Assembly (NCBI GenBank): GCA_964016885.1
Contig: OZ024755.1
Span: 18,476,001 to 18,540,000 of the forward strand
DNA from: Eledone cirrhosa
Taxonomy: Eukaryota
Direction: 5' to 3'
Length of the DNA stretch: 64,000 nt
Both the position numbers and the translations under genes were made by a program. The notes under the pieces are model-generated. The model made no database searches, was not told the DNA's origin, and was given only the letters and a program-made list of their open reading frames with translations. The stretch's first letter is position 1, and each line of letters begins with the position of its first letter. Shown here piece after piece: positions 48,653 to 61,828 of this stretch.

Positions 48653-49762
48653 AAAGAGGTTATTAGGTCCTTTAACATGACCAAAGGGAAATTGAAGTAA
48701 CCAGAGAGCCTGTATGTAGTTACTCACTGCAGAAATAAAACTCAAATCTCCCCCATAGCTATAAACAACTCATTTACAGAGATCCTAATATTTATTCAAT
48801 GCTAGTTCTAAACCATGATTTCAATTGCTACATTATCTTAATGTATTTATTCAAAAAAATCTGGCATAAAAATAATATGCAGAGAGAGGAAGAGAGAAAA
48901 CTAGATTTATGAAAATGTTTCGTTATAGTGGTAATATTTATAGAAGACTTTTTTGTACAAAGAGCATTAATTTTATAGTTTGAGATATCACGCTTACACT
49001 GACAGAATCACAACTGCAGAAGAAAACCAGACTAGAAAATGTTAACATATAAAAAAAATTTCGTTTAAAGTTATATAAATAAATAAAACTCCATTGAGAA
49101 ATTTCCATTATTTCAATAAGCATATAGACATGTTATTTTATAGCAGTTCTTCCAAATTTTTTTTCTGTAAGATATCATTTGTAATATTTTTAATATTTAA
49201 AATATTTTAAAGTAATTTTGTTTGAGGAACAAAGAAATAAAAGGTTTCATTGTAATTTATAATATACCAACCTACATGTGTTATTTAAAATAAATATTAA
49301 GCCACAATATTATGGAATCATCATCATCTTTAAGATTGTTTTTTTTCATTCAGATTGGAACTGAAATCACAAAGAGCCAGGACAAATACTGCAAGGATCA
49401 AAGACATTCCAACCATGACCATATCATCTTTTCATATGCACAGAGCTCATCCAATCAGAATCACATCCAATACATTAGAATGTCATCTGAGTGAGGTTTG
49501 ATGGCTATTTCTGCCTCTAAACTGAGTACAGTGTTGCACTTCTACTTAATACATAAAAACAACAACAATAATAATAAAAACCAGGTGAAGTTGTGGGAAA
49601 AGATTCAACATGGCCATTTCAACTGCTAGATATCGTAATCAAATGCTCTCAAATCACAGCCTACCACTGAGAAAAAATGTAGGACACAGTAGTCTTAGCT
49701 ATACAAAAAAAAACCAGAATGTTCATGGCTGAAACAATTTTTACCATAGGGATGTTTAACTT

Positions 49763-50146
49763 TAACCAGGGCTCATCTAGAGCTAAACATCTGATTAACC
49801 AAGGCTCATCTAGAGCTAAACATCTGCTAAACAATGGCTCATCTAGAGCAGAATATCTGATTAACCAGGGCTCATCTAAAGCTAAAAAATCTATGAAACC
49901 AGGGCTCATCTAGAGCAGAACATCTGATTAACCTGGGCTCATCTAGAGCTAAACATCTGCTAAACCAGAGCTCATCTAGAGCAAAACATCTGATTAACCT
50001 GGGCTCATCTAGAGCTAAACATCTGCTAAACCAGGGCTCATCTAGAGCTAAACATCTGCTACACCAGGGCTCATCTAGAGCTAAACATCTGTTAAATCAG
50101 GGTTTATCTAGAGCTAAACATCTGCTAGACCAAGGATGATCTAGAA
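49763..50146. repeat. 33-bp minisatellite (AACCAGGGCTCATCTAGAGCTAAACATCTGATT), about 11 copies
   Basis: Direct periodicity. Confidence 0.93.
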
Positions 50147-50586
50147 TTAAACAACAACACTAACAGATCCAGTAACCAACATATAACATCATAAGTTGTA
50201 GAATAACTTTCAGGGAGACTCCCAACTCAAGAGAGTATAAACACTAAAGATATCAACTAAAGTAATTTTGTTATCCTATTAATCTATTTTCCAATCAGGT
50301 GAGTGTGTGTATATGTAAGATCAAATTATTTTGAGGAGGTATATTTATTGTCATATGAATGAAAATAAAGATAGTGACTTTTAATCAAAATCCACCATTT
50401 ATAACACCTGACTTTATCAATAAAAAATTGTTTCACAGATAAATGAATGATAATGTCGCTTGCTTACAATATTGGGTGGGGATATAAAATATATGTATAA
50501 CCATAATAAAGGGTTGAAATGATAGGAAATCAAAAGGTGGGGAATAGTAAACTTTTGTCAATATAGTAAGTTATGAGGAAAATTGA

Positions 50587-50878
50587 TACACACACATTAC
50601 ATACTTACATTCATGCATTCCATGAATGCATACATACATTACCTACATACATTACATACATATATTCATACATTCCACACATACATCTATTATATACATG
50701 CATACATACATACATGCATACATACATACATTACATACATACATTCATACATTCCACACATACATATATTATATACATGCATACATACATACATGCATAC
50801 ATACATACATTACATACATACATTCATACATTCCACACATACATCTATTATATACATACATGCATAACATACATACAA
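50587..50878. repeat. (CATA)n-based compound repeat with about 78-bp units
   Basis: ATTCATACATTCCACAC recurs three times. Confidence 0.85.
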
Positions 50879-50980
50879 ATGTTTATTTGTAAACATACTG
50901 TATACTGTTAGATATACAAAATACTCATACATATATGTATACAGCTATGTTAGAGTGAACACCTTAATCATATATACATA

Positions 50981-51382
50981 TCATCATCATCATCATCGTT
51001 TAACGTCCATCTTCCACGCTTGCATGGGTTTGGACGGGAGTTTTCCCACTTGAGGCAAGAGTGGTTGTCTTGCTCGCATAGGACTGTCTGGTGGGTTTTC
51101 TACAGCTGGATGCCCTTCCTAACACCAACCACGTTTACAGTGTGGACTGGGAGGTTTTTACCGTGTTACCTACACGGCCACATTACAGTGTGGACTGGGA
51201 GGTTTTTACCGTGTTACCTACACGGCCACATTACAGTGTGGACTGGGAGGTTTTTACCGTGTTACCTACACGCCCACATTACAGCGTGGACTGTGTGTTT
51301 TTTTGTTGTGACACCTACACGACCTCATTTGTTTCTGACTGGATGTTGTGGTACCAACCTAACTTTACATTGAAAGGGGTGG
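50981..51382 (-). mobile_element. RTE LINE 3' UTR copy with internal about 48-bp triplication
   Basis: Homologous to 20875-21246; ACAGTGTGGACTGGGAGGTTTTTACCGTGTTACCTACACG... three times. Confidence 0.88.
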
Positions 51383-51532
51383 TATATATATATATTTGAA
51401 AAAGTGTCCCACGTGGCTAAAATCATACAAAATGTGTAAAAAACAGGAAAAACGGAGAAAACACAAGGCAGTCTCTTCTCATCAGTCGACTACTGGAGAT
51501 ATGTTGCTTCATTGTTTTATATATTGCTTTTC

Positions 51533-51657
51533 TGCCTGGAGTTGTGACAGGTAGTATTAGCAATGGAAAGACTAATGGAAACATTGTTTCCTTGGTCCAA
51601 TTTGACGAGCTCCACCCCACTCGTTAAACAAATGAGGTCTGGATCAACTATCGATAC
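51533..51657 (+). mobile_element. SINE family 3 3' fragment
   Basis: CCTGGAGTTG...GGAAACATTGTTTCCTTGGTCC; extended end matches the reverse of 9818-9870. Confidence 0.75.
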
Positions 51658-51659
51658 AT

Positions 51660-51900
51660 ACATCATCATCATCATCATCATCATCGTTTAATGTCCATCT
51701 TCCACGCTTGCATGGGTTTGGACGGGAGTTTTCCCACTTGAGGCAAGATTGGTTGTCTTGCTCGTATAGGACTGTCTGGTGGGTTTTCTACGGCTGGATG
51801 CCCTTCCTAACATCAACCACGTTTACAGTGTATATATATATATATGTCTAACCCATGCTAACGTGGGAAAAATGGACGTTAAACAGTGATGATGATGATA
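51660..51900. mobile_element. RTE tail fragments, head-to-head across a TA tract
   Basis: Minus copy 51660-51830; plus tail AACCCATGCTAACGTG...GGACGTTAAAC 51847-51900. Confidence 0.75.
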
Positions 51901-52161
51901 TATGCATATAGCATCTACAAAATGAAGGGGAAAAAGTAAAGAAGTCAAGAAAGGAAAAAGAGACTTTCTATCTTGCAAAAAGAATTCAAAATGAGATTTT
52001 CATTTTAATTAATTTATAGTAAACTTAATTTCTTTTCTATACAGAACATAAAACTTTACAAAGGAACATACACTTTTTAAGTGACTCATAATGGCTCCAA
52101 ATTTCAAATTCTACCAACCAAACCAAGCAGTTTTAAAAGGATTTCACATATAATTTATATC

Positions 52162-52477
52162 ATAATTGTTTCTACTTTAGGCACAAGGCCAGCAATTATC
52201 CCAGTGTATTACTGGTACTTTATTTTATCGACCTCGTAAGGATGAAAGGCAAAGTTAACCTCGGCGGGATTTGAACTCAGATCGTAAAGGGACGTAACTA
52301 TGCTGGAAAGCATGGCGTCCGACCCTCTACCGATACTGCCAATCCACTGCTAACTAATAATTGTTTCTACTTTTGGCACAAGGCCAGCAATTATCACAGT
52401 GTATTATTGGTACTTTATTTTATCGACCTCGTAAGGATGAAAGGCAAAGTTAACCTCGGCGGGATTTGAACTCAGAA
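52162..52477 (-). mobile_element. SINE family 1 tandem pair (full plus 5'-truncated)
   Basis: Two near-identical tail/body segments. Confidence 0.9.
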
Positions 52478-52857
52478 TGATATGATATAAATTATATAAT
52501 TTATATCATATTATTATTATATAATGACCTGTTATCTCGCCAACCCTGAAATCTAAAGCTTTGAAAGCACTAATTAGAGGAGAATATCCATCTACAATAT
52601 ATGAAACTAAGAGGATTGATTTTTATCAAAGATTTACAAATTTGGGGCATGGGTAGGTATAGGTCTTAAATTGCATAATTTTTAATCTGAGTGAAATTTT
52701 TCCCAAAGGAAAAAAAAATTGAGGCTTCTTTCTAATGGAAAATTGTAGGCCTTGCACCTAAATCAGAAACTGTTACTGACATTAAATCTTATTGACTTAC
52801 TGAAATCATTTCACATAAAACCTTTTGAAATGCCATAAAAAGAATAATATATCACGT

Positions 52858-53075
52858 AACATACACCTAGGAAATAATGCACCAAGCAACAATTGGCTGC
52901 AACATACATTCAGACATATCATAGCCACAGTTATTGCAGCTTATTAACATATAGCATACACCTATGAAATAGTGCACCAAGCAACAAATGCCTGCAACAT
53001 ACATTCAGATATGTTAGAGCCACAGTCATATTGTAACTTATCAACATGCAACATACACCTAAGAAATGGTGCATC
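52858..53075. repeat. About 97-bp diverged tandem repeat (2+ copies)
   Basis: CATACACCTA.GAAAT..TGCA recurs three times. Confidence 0.75.
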
Positions 53076-53276
53076 CAGGCATTTTATAGCTACAATGCAG
53101 CTTACAATTACACAATAGTTGCAAGGTTGTAATTATAGAGTAACATTACAGCTGGAGGTAGTATAAAGGCTACAATATAATTGTAGGCTTGCAGCTACTG
53201 TATAATTGGTTGACTTTATAGAATAGTAAATTAACAGTGAAATAGTTAGTGGTTTGTGGCCTATCACTAGCATTAA

Positions 53277-53464
53277 ACCTTTAGCATTTAAACCGGCCAT
53301 ATCCGGTCAGAATTCTTTCACCTCTTTCTGTTCAAACCAGCCATAACTGGTCGCTCATACCAATATAAATAATATCAAAATCTCATAGATTCGATATTAT
53401 GTGAGAAAAAGCCTTTACTGTGAAAATATAATAATAAATATAGTGTAATGTAAATGGTAAAGGG
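53277..53464. mobile_element. piggyBac-type MITE (subtype a, internal deletion)
   Basis: TTAA-flanked; TIR CCTTTAGCATTTA. Confidence 0.85.
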
Positions 53465-53525
53465 TTAAACTATGACCATTGGACATGACCATTATGTTAC
53501 GATAGTTTAGTCCAGCTAGCTTTAA

Positions 53526-53746
53526 CCTTTTAGCATTTAAACTGGCCATATCCGGCCAGAATTCTCTCATCTGTTTCTGTTCAAACCAGCTGTAACTGGC
53601 CACTCATACTAACATTAAGGTATTGTTCTCAAAATAAATAATATCAAAATCTCATAGATTCAATATTATGTGAGATAATTATGTGAGATAAAGCCTTTAC
53701 CATGAAAATACAATAGTAAATATAGAGTAATGTAAATGCTAAAGGG
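53526..53746. mobile_element. piggyBac-type MITE (subtype b)
   Basis: TTAA-flanked; ends TAAATGCTAAAGGG. Confidence 0.87.
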
Positions 53747-53947
53747 TTAAACTGTGACCATACGACAGGACCATTACTGGACTAGTTTAGTCCAGCTAGC
53801 TTTAAACTGTTATTCAGTACTCTCATATATCCATCACCCCACTCTCCTTGATATTATTCAGAGGAACTTTCTAGGTGCAAACTCCATGATCATTCATGGC
53901 CAATGGGAGTATTTACCCTTTTTTTATTTATATTAAAATCTTCCATT

Positions 53948-54136
53948 ATGGTTGATTGGAGTATTGGTAGAGGGTCGGACGCCATGCTTTGACGCATAGA
54001 GTTACGGCCCTTGCCATTCTGAGTTCAAATCCCGCCGAGGTTAACTTAGCCTTTCATCCTTACGGGGTCGATAAAATAAAGTACCAGTAATGCACTGGAT
54101 AATTGCTGGCCTTGTTCCTAACGTAGAAACAATTAT
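53948..54136 (+). mobile_element. SINE family 1
   Basis: Head to tail match. Confidence 0.88.
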
Positions 54137-54527
54137 AATTTTATGTGAGGAAATTGTGTTATGTTCCAAGCACCAACTTAATGAAAAATGTAAACCTCAG
54201 AAAATTCTCTAGTTTCAAAATTATGGAAAAATCATAAGCACTGTATTAGAAATATACTTGTTTCTATTTTTGGCACAAGGCCAGCAATTATCCCAGTGCA
54301 TTACTGGAGCTGTCTATCGGCTTGCTGTAAATATTTGGAGAATAATCACAATATTATTATTTCAACAGCAAGATTAAAGCATAAAAATGCATTTAAACAA
54401 TGAATGTACCTTCATATACTTCACTGTTTGGTAAACAAGATACACAGCATTATCTTTTCATCATATATTCCAGTACACATCTCTGTGTATGTGTATATAT
54501 ATGTGTGTATATGCATATAAGAGTATA

Positions 54528-54560
<33 letters not shown>

Positions 54561-54561
<1 letters not shown>

Positions 54562-54573
54562 CGGCTTGAACTC

Positions 54574-54619
<46 letters not shown>

Positions 54620-54870
54620 GGCTTGAACTCAGCCGTCAGGGTCCTACTCGTTCCTATATATATATATATATATATATATAGGAATGAGTAGGACCCCGAC
54701 GGCTGAGCTCAAGCCGTTTCGACGGCTAATTCGTCCAGAATTAGCCGTCGAAACGGCTTGAGCTCAGCCGTCGGGGTCCTACTTGTTCCTATTACCCACT
54801 CTACTACCCTAAGTATTGAGTACTTTGGTGCGTTATGGTCCATCTGGTTCCTTACCACATTTCCTTCGTT
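54561..54870 (+). mobile_element. Family A palindromic element with two upstream truncated copies in (TA)n
   Basis: 55-bp arms 54678-54732 / 54738-54792 (2 mismatches), plus tail; partial copies at 54561 and 54618. Confidence 0.7.
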
Positions 54871-54905
<35 letters not shown>

Positions 54906-54954
54906 AAATAAAGTTAAATAAAAGTCAACTGTTTAAAATTTAGCTTCGTTTATT

Positions 54955-55009
54955 ACTGCTATATATATTTCAGTGACAGCCATCTTTGGCTGGGACCTCT
55001 TCAGGCAGT
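54955..55009 (-). ncRNA. Minimal type I hammerhead ribozyme motif (best preserved in window)
   Basis: Minus: ACTGC-CTGAAGA-GGTCCCAGCCA-AAGA-TGGCTGTCACT-GAAA-TATATA-TA-GCAGT-AATAAA; perfect 5-bp stem I, 6-bp distal stem II, palindromic stem III, AUA site. Confidence 0.72.
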
Positions 55010-55135
55010 TTGAATTAGTGTGGTATAGACAAGTACATATGTTGTTTAGGTGTATAATATTGTCAGTCCTCTGATATGCCCAGTTCCTTGTTGGGTTGTT
55101 ATTTCACTGAGGAACTGTGTGTGTATATATATATA

Positions 55136-55177
<42 letters not shown>

Positions 55178-56179
55178 CACACACGCACAGCAGTGACAGC
55201 TAAACAGACTTTTTCTTACAAGGCAATAACCATGTTGCTAGAATGCAACAATATAATCATTAAATAATGTTATATAAATAAATAGGAGGAGCTTTGTTGT
55301 AGTTTAGTCTGGATCTAACATTTTCTGTCTTAGTCATTCACGTTCATCTTATGTAAACAAATACGTAAGTCAAATTGTAATATCATTTACTTTTATTGTT
55401 AGTTTCCCAGAAATAGCTTTCAGAGAACTTATATATAAAAAAAAATAAAAACACTCCAAAAAACAAACCCCAAACCACAACAAAAACCCATTCTGATTCT
55501 GAATGAAGCTTCCACCTCATTACAATCTTTCATCCATGTTGGTGTTATTATTGAAAAGAAAATGTTAGTATTTTCTACATTTACTGTTACAGCAATGAAA
55601 CCTGATAATCTGAAACTTCAAGAAGTAAATATAAGCTATATTCCAACTAGCATCTAAAATAATGTTTTCTTTCATCATCATCATCATCACCACCACCACC
55701 AGTATCACCACCACCACCACCACTTCCACCACCACCACCATCATCATCATCACCACCACTATCATCATCACCATCGTTTTAATGGTCCCTTTTCCCAGCT
55801 AGCAAAGCTTTATTTATTTATCTATAATAACAACTAATGTCAGAAATTAATTTCAACAAAAACTTTCTTACATTACTTCACATATCTCATCTCTCTTGTT
55901 TCAGTCTTACCAAATTTTCATTAAAACTTACAAATGGTAACTTTGATTCTTACAGTGATATCATTTTTTTTCTTATAAAACTACACAACATCCCAAAAAA
56001 ATTACACCACCCACACATATAAGAATCACACACAAATAAATAAAAAAAAAACACTCTTCCCAAGAAAATTTTCCCTGATTCAATTTGAGATTTCTGAGAA
56101 ACCCTCTCCAGATCAATATACAGACACATCCTTGTGGAGAAAGCCATAACTAGCCAATTCTGCATTTGTGTTTCACATT

Positions 56180-56573
56180 ACTACACACACACATATACAC
56201 TCATATACATTCATACACACACGCACATATGTATACACTCATGCACACACACACACACACACACACGTGTATACACTCATGCACACACACACACAATTAT
56301 GTATACACTCATGCACACACACAATTATGTATACACTCATGCACACACACACACACACGTGTATACACTCATGCACACACACCCACACACGTGTATACAC
56401 TCATACACACACCCACACACACACACGTGTATACACTCATGCACACCCACGTGTATACACTCATACACACACACACGTGTATACACTCATGCACACCCAC
56501 ACACACACACATGTATACACTCATACACACACACACACACACGTGTATACACTCATGCATACACACACACACA

Positions 56574-56614
<41 letters not shown>

Positions 56615-56830
56615 TGAAAACAGGGAGAAAGAGACGATTATTAGGAAGAAAAATATTTTTTTCCCCTTTTTATATATATATACACACACACACATTCACA
56701 CACACACACACATATATATATACTCATACATACATTCACACACACACACATATATATATATATACTCACACACACACACACATATATATATATATACTCA
56801 CACACACACACACATATATATATATATACT

Positions 56831-56879
<49 letters not shown>

Positions 56880-57040
56880 TCATACACACATTCACACACA
56901 CACACACACATATATATATACACTCACACACACACACATATATATATATATACACTCACATATACATGCACATATATACACATACACACACACATATACA
57001 CTCATACAAACACATTCATACACACACATTCACATATATA
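56180..57040. repeat. CA/TA compound microsatellites
   Basis: GTATACACTCAT modules, then (TA)n/(CA)n. Confidence 0.9.
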
Positions 57041-57340
57041 ATGAAATAATAATAATAACCAAAAAATAAAAACACTAAGAAAAATACACAATACCTGTCA
57101 AAATATAATTAGCAACACAAAATTCCCCTAAGTATGAACCCTAACTTTTCATAGAAATCTTATGGGAAGTTAACACAACAGTTTTATGATGAAAAACAAA
57201 AAGAATAGATCTTCTTCACCCCGCACCCCCCCTCCCCTCCTACTATATTCAGAACAGTTTTTTCATTCAAACCCAAAAGAATGTATCCCCCCCCCCCTAC
57301 CATTTGCGGAACAGTTTTTCCATTCAAATGATCTATCAAT

Positions 57341-57520
57341 GAATTGGCACTATCGGTAGAGGGTCGGACGCCATGCTTTGCAGCAAAGAGTTACGGCCCT
57401 TTATGATCTGAGTTCAAATCTCGCTGAGGTTAACTTTGACTTTCATCCTTACGGGGTCGATAAAATAAAGTACCAGTAATACACTTGGATAATTGCTGGC
57501 CTTGTGCCAAAAGTAGAAAC

Positions 57521-57525
<5 letters not shown>
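57341..57525 (+). mobile_element. SINE family 1
   Basis: Head to tail match. Confidence 0.88.
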
Positions 57526-57552
<27 letters not shown>

Positions 57553-57556
<4 letters not shown>

Positions 57557-57742
57557 TTAATATAGATGAGATTCTACAGGACTAGAACTGTTTCATTCTT
57601 TAGAAATCATCAGGATGATGATTTCTAAAGAATGAAACAGTTCTAGTCCTGTAGAATCTCATCTATATTAAAACTTTTATACTCTGCAATGTATTGAGTA
57701 CCTTACTTACTGTGGTTACCTCCGATTCAACCCGGAATAACG
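57553..57742 (+). mobile_element. Perfect 60-bp-arm palindrome plus tail in (TA)n, family C (Penelope-like inverted pLTR with hammerhead core)
   Basis: 57553-57612 is the exact reverse complement of 57616-57675; the minus strand reads CTGATGA...GAAACAG-TTCTAGTC-CTGTA; tail also at 63118-63168. Confidence 0.72.
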
Positions 57743-57769
57743 TATATATATATATATATATATTGTGTA

Positions 57770-57953
57770 GGGTGGTGGATTGGCAGTACCGGTAGAGGGT
57801 CGGACACCATGCTTTGGCGTATAGAGTTACGGCCCTTGCCATTCAAATCCCGCCGAGGTTAACTTTGCCTTTCATCCTTACGGGGTCGATAAAACAAAGT
57901 ACCAGTAATGCACTGGGTAATTGCTGGCCTTGTGCCAAAAGTAGAAACAATTA
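57770..57953 (+). mobile_element. SINE family 1 (B-box partly deleted)
   Basis: GCCATTCAAATCCCG instead of GCCATTCTGAGTTCAAATCCCG. Confidence 0.87.
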
Positions 57954-58164
57954 TATATATATAAAAAAAAAAAAAATCCCAAGTGACACTTCTAAAATAG
58001 AAAGGTGTAGATTGTTCCAGGTAAATCTTTTTGTATATAATTATAAAATGAAATTATAACTTAGACATATTTTTCCATGCATAAATAGTTTTGATACTTC
58101 TTGAAAGGAAATCTTAAAACGGCTATGGAAAATATATTAAAAAGAATCTCTGAACTCAGCATAT

Positions 58165-58765
58165 TTTTATGAAGGGTACTCAGATGTATTTTGTGTAGGG
58201 TACCCAGATTTATTTTGTACAGGGTACCCAGATCTATTTTGTGAAGGGTACCCAGATTTATTTTGTGAAGGGTACCCAGATTTATTTTGTGCAGGGTACC
58301 CAGATCTATTTTGTGCAGGGTACCCAGATCTATTTTGTGAAGGGTATCCAGATCTATTATGTGCAGGGTACCCAGATTTATTTTGTGAAGGGTACCCAGA
58401 TTTATTTTGTGAAGGGTACCCAGATTTATTTTGTGCAGGGTACCCAGATCTATTTTGTGCAGGGTACCCAGATCTATTTTGTGCAGTGTACCCAGATTTA
58501 TTTTGTGAAGGGTACCCAGATTTATTTTGTGCAGGGTACCCAGATTTATTTTGTGCAGGGTACCCAGATCTATTTTGTGAAGGGTATGTGCAGTGTACCT
58601 AGATCTATTTTGTGCAGGGTACCCAGATCTATTTTGTGAAGGGTATCCAGATCTATTATGTGCAGGGTACCCAGATCTATTTTGTGAAGGGTACCCAGAT
58701 TTATTTTGTGCAGGGTACCCAGATCTATTATGTGCAGGGTACCCAGATCTATTTTTGAAGGGTGT
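58165..58765. repeat. 24-bp minisatellite (TTTTGTGCAGGGTACCCAGATCTA), about 24 copies
   Basis: Direct periodicity. Confidence 0.95.
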
Positions 58766-59019
58766 ATACACACACACGTGTGTGAGACAGAGAGAGAGAG
58801 AATGAGAGAGAAGGGGCCCTGTTTTGAGAAGGGGGGAACGCAGATTCATGAGGGGGGTCAAGGCAGTTGCTCCCACCGCCCTGTTAACGGTGAACTGGAT
58901 GCTTTTTTTCGTGACACCAGTACTTTAGTGTGGGCTTGGTGAATTTTTCTGTGACACCACCAGTACTAAAGTTTGGTATAGAAATAGACTAGTATTTATT
59001 CTATTTGTAAAGCAATGGG

Positions 59020-59651
59020 TTAGATACCAGTTTATATTACAACACAACATGGACTAAGATACTAGTTTATATTACAACACAACATGGACTAAGATACTAG
59101 TTTATATTACAACACAACATGGACTAAGATACTAGTTTATATTACAACACAACACGGACTAAGATACCAGTTTATATTACAACACAACACGGACTAAGAT
59201 ACCAGTTTATATTACAACACAACACGGACTAAGATACTAGTTTATATTACAACACAACATGGACTAAGATACTAGTTTATATTACAACACAACATGGACT
59301 AAGATACCAGTTTATATTACAACACAACATGGACTAAGATACTAGTTTATATTACAACACAACATGGACTAAGATACTAGTTTATATTACAACACAACAT
59401 GGACTAAGATACTAGTTTATATTACAACACAACATGGACTAAGATACTAGTTTATATTACAACACAACATGGACTAAGATACTAGTTTATATTACAACAC
59501 AACATGGACTAAGATACTAGTTTATATTACAACACAACATGGACTAAGATACTAGTTTATATTACAACACAACATGGACTAAGATACCAGTTTATATTAC
59601 AACACAACACGAACTAAGATACCAGTTTATATTACAACACAACACGGACTA
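59020..59651. repeat. 35-bp minisatellite (AGATACTAGTTTATATTACAACACAACATGGACTA), about 18 copies
   Basis: Direct periodicity. Confidence 0.96.
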
Positions 59652-60011
59652 TGTGAATGAGTTAACAAAGGTGTCTCTATACTCTACAACAGTTGCAAAT
59701 AACATTGATAAACTAACACTCACAAATTAATCTGAATAAAATGTGAAAATAATTATTTTAAAACACTGACAAAAAAGAAAAGAAAATTAGTTCAATTTTA
59801 ATTTTATAATAATCACCACACCCAAGATGTCACTGATATTTGGTTGGTTAAATATACATTCACTTCCTTCACTCCACAATTACTAATATCAGGTTTGGTG
59901 ATTAACTAGTCAAATTTTTTTTTTCTTGTGAGAAGTAATGAATGACATTAGGGAGACAAAAGTATGCAGAGTGGAGCCACATACATTCATATGTGTGTAT
60001 GTGTGAGAGAA

Positions 60012-60365
60012 GAGTTCACTGGATGTGTCAGTTGCTGTTAGGCAGTCAGTGTGTGAGGCGTTGTACTGTGGTTTAGGGCAAGCTCCCTGGATGTGTCAGC
60101 TGTTGTCAGGCAGTTAGGGTATGAGGTGTTGTACTGTGGTTTTGGGCGAGCTCCCTGGATGTGTCAGTTACTATTGGACAATCAGGGTATGAGATGTTCT
60201 ACTGTGGTCTAGAGTAAACTCCCTGGATGTGTCAGTTGCTGTCAGACAGTCAGGGTATGACGTGTTGTACTGTAGTTTAGGGCGACCTCCTTGAATGTGT
60301 CAGTTGCTGTCAGGCAGTTAGGGTATGAGGTGTTGTACTGTAGTTTAGGGTGAGCTCGCTGGATC
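60012..60365. repeat. 68-bp diverged tandem repeat x5
   Basis: CTCCCTGGATGTGTCAG...TTGTACTGT recurs. Confidence 0.9.
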
Positions 60366-61189
60366 ATAAGTCTGTCTGAAGAGATGGTCATAAGTGGAAG
60401 GCTTTAAATTATAAGTCTGTCTGAAGAGATGGTTACAATTGGAAGGCTTTTAATCATAAGTCTGTCTGAAAACTCCTAAAACTATGTGTCTCTTGGGTTA
60501 ACCACGTTTGAACAACTTTAATCCAGTACTGGATTTGAGCATAAGCCAAACAAACTACAGTTTAGGGCTTTACAATCCATGGGAGGGTCTTTAAATAATT
60601 AAAAGACATATGTTTTCAATTTTTGTGAGACCTTCTGGTGTAATTTTTTAAAAACAAGGGGCCTCCAAGCTTTATATAGCCTAGGGCTGCACCAAGTCAC
60701 ATCCTTGATCATATGTCTGCTTGGTGGGGGAAGTCCTGGGGTAAAACAACAAAATTAAACTTATCTCACAACCTTTATATCATTAATTAGAGTAGCAGTA
60801 AAGACAGCAACTTTACAACAAATGTTTCTCTCCTTTCATTAGTTACCACTTCAAGAAATAAACTGATTCTTTATGGTAGCTAAACTGAGGAGATATGATT
60901 TCTGCAAGATCCATTAGGGGGGGGGAAGTATTACATTTAATGGTATTTTGAGAAATTTATCCTTTAACCACAATCTTCTGAGAGATATTATAAATAACTC
61001 CCAATGTTGAAGTATGTAGAAAACAAAAATGAAAATTATATAAAAAAACAAACATCTTGTGTATTTTTAGAAAATTATTAACAAAATTGTACAGAGAAAA
61101 AATAAAGAAATCCAAAGCAGTTTATTTTTATCTTAATTCAATATTATATATATATATAAATACATATGCACACACACACACACACACAC

Positions 61190-61270
<81 letters not shown>

Positions 61271-61314
61271 TCCCATCTAAACCCATGCTAGCGTGGAAGA
61301 TAGACGTTAAACAA

Positions 61315-61354
<40 letters not shown>

Positions 61355-61828
61355 TACTCTAATTTAAAGATCATTTGTTAAATCATTGAGTGTAAAAAGA
61401 CAGAATCTCTTAATAACTCACCACCTTCAAATTATTTCTATTTTCCAATTTTAGACACCAATCAGAAGTACTTTATTTCAGTATATATATATATATATAT
61501 ATATAACATTATTAAAATGAGAATTATATTGAAACTGTATAGATGATTTAACCTTGAAAGAAGCTGCTAAGAAGATAGCTTCAGTATTAAGATCTAATTA
61601 CAATCACTCAAATTACTAACAAAGAAAGGAAAAGATGTATATAGATTATAGAGCAGACAAAAATAAATCTAGTTAATATGAGGTGAACAACAACTAAAGG
61701 AATCAATTAGAAGGTCAATAACAATGATTTTTAAGAGACATTTGAAGTTATAGAACTAAATGATATTAAAGATGATTGACACCTCTAGCTTGTAGTATTT
61801 GCTGCATGTTTTTTATATAACACAAAGA

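Noticed and set aside
48998-49013. Minus-strand acceptor TTTTCTTCTGCAG with a 16-nt microexon or a VILSV* terminal exon
   Set aside because: Too short to distinguish from chance without transcript data.
58810-58900. Possible hAT-like MITE end; also a piggyBac-like start at about 37749
   Set aside because: No partner terminus or TSD found in the window.
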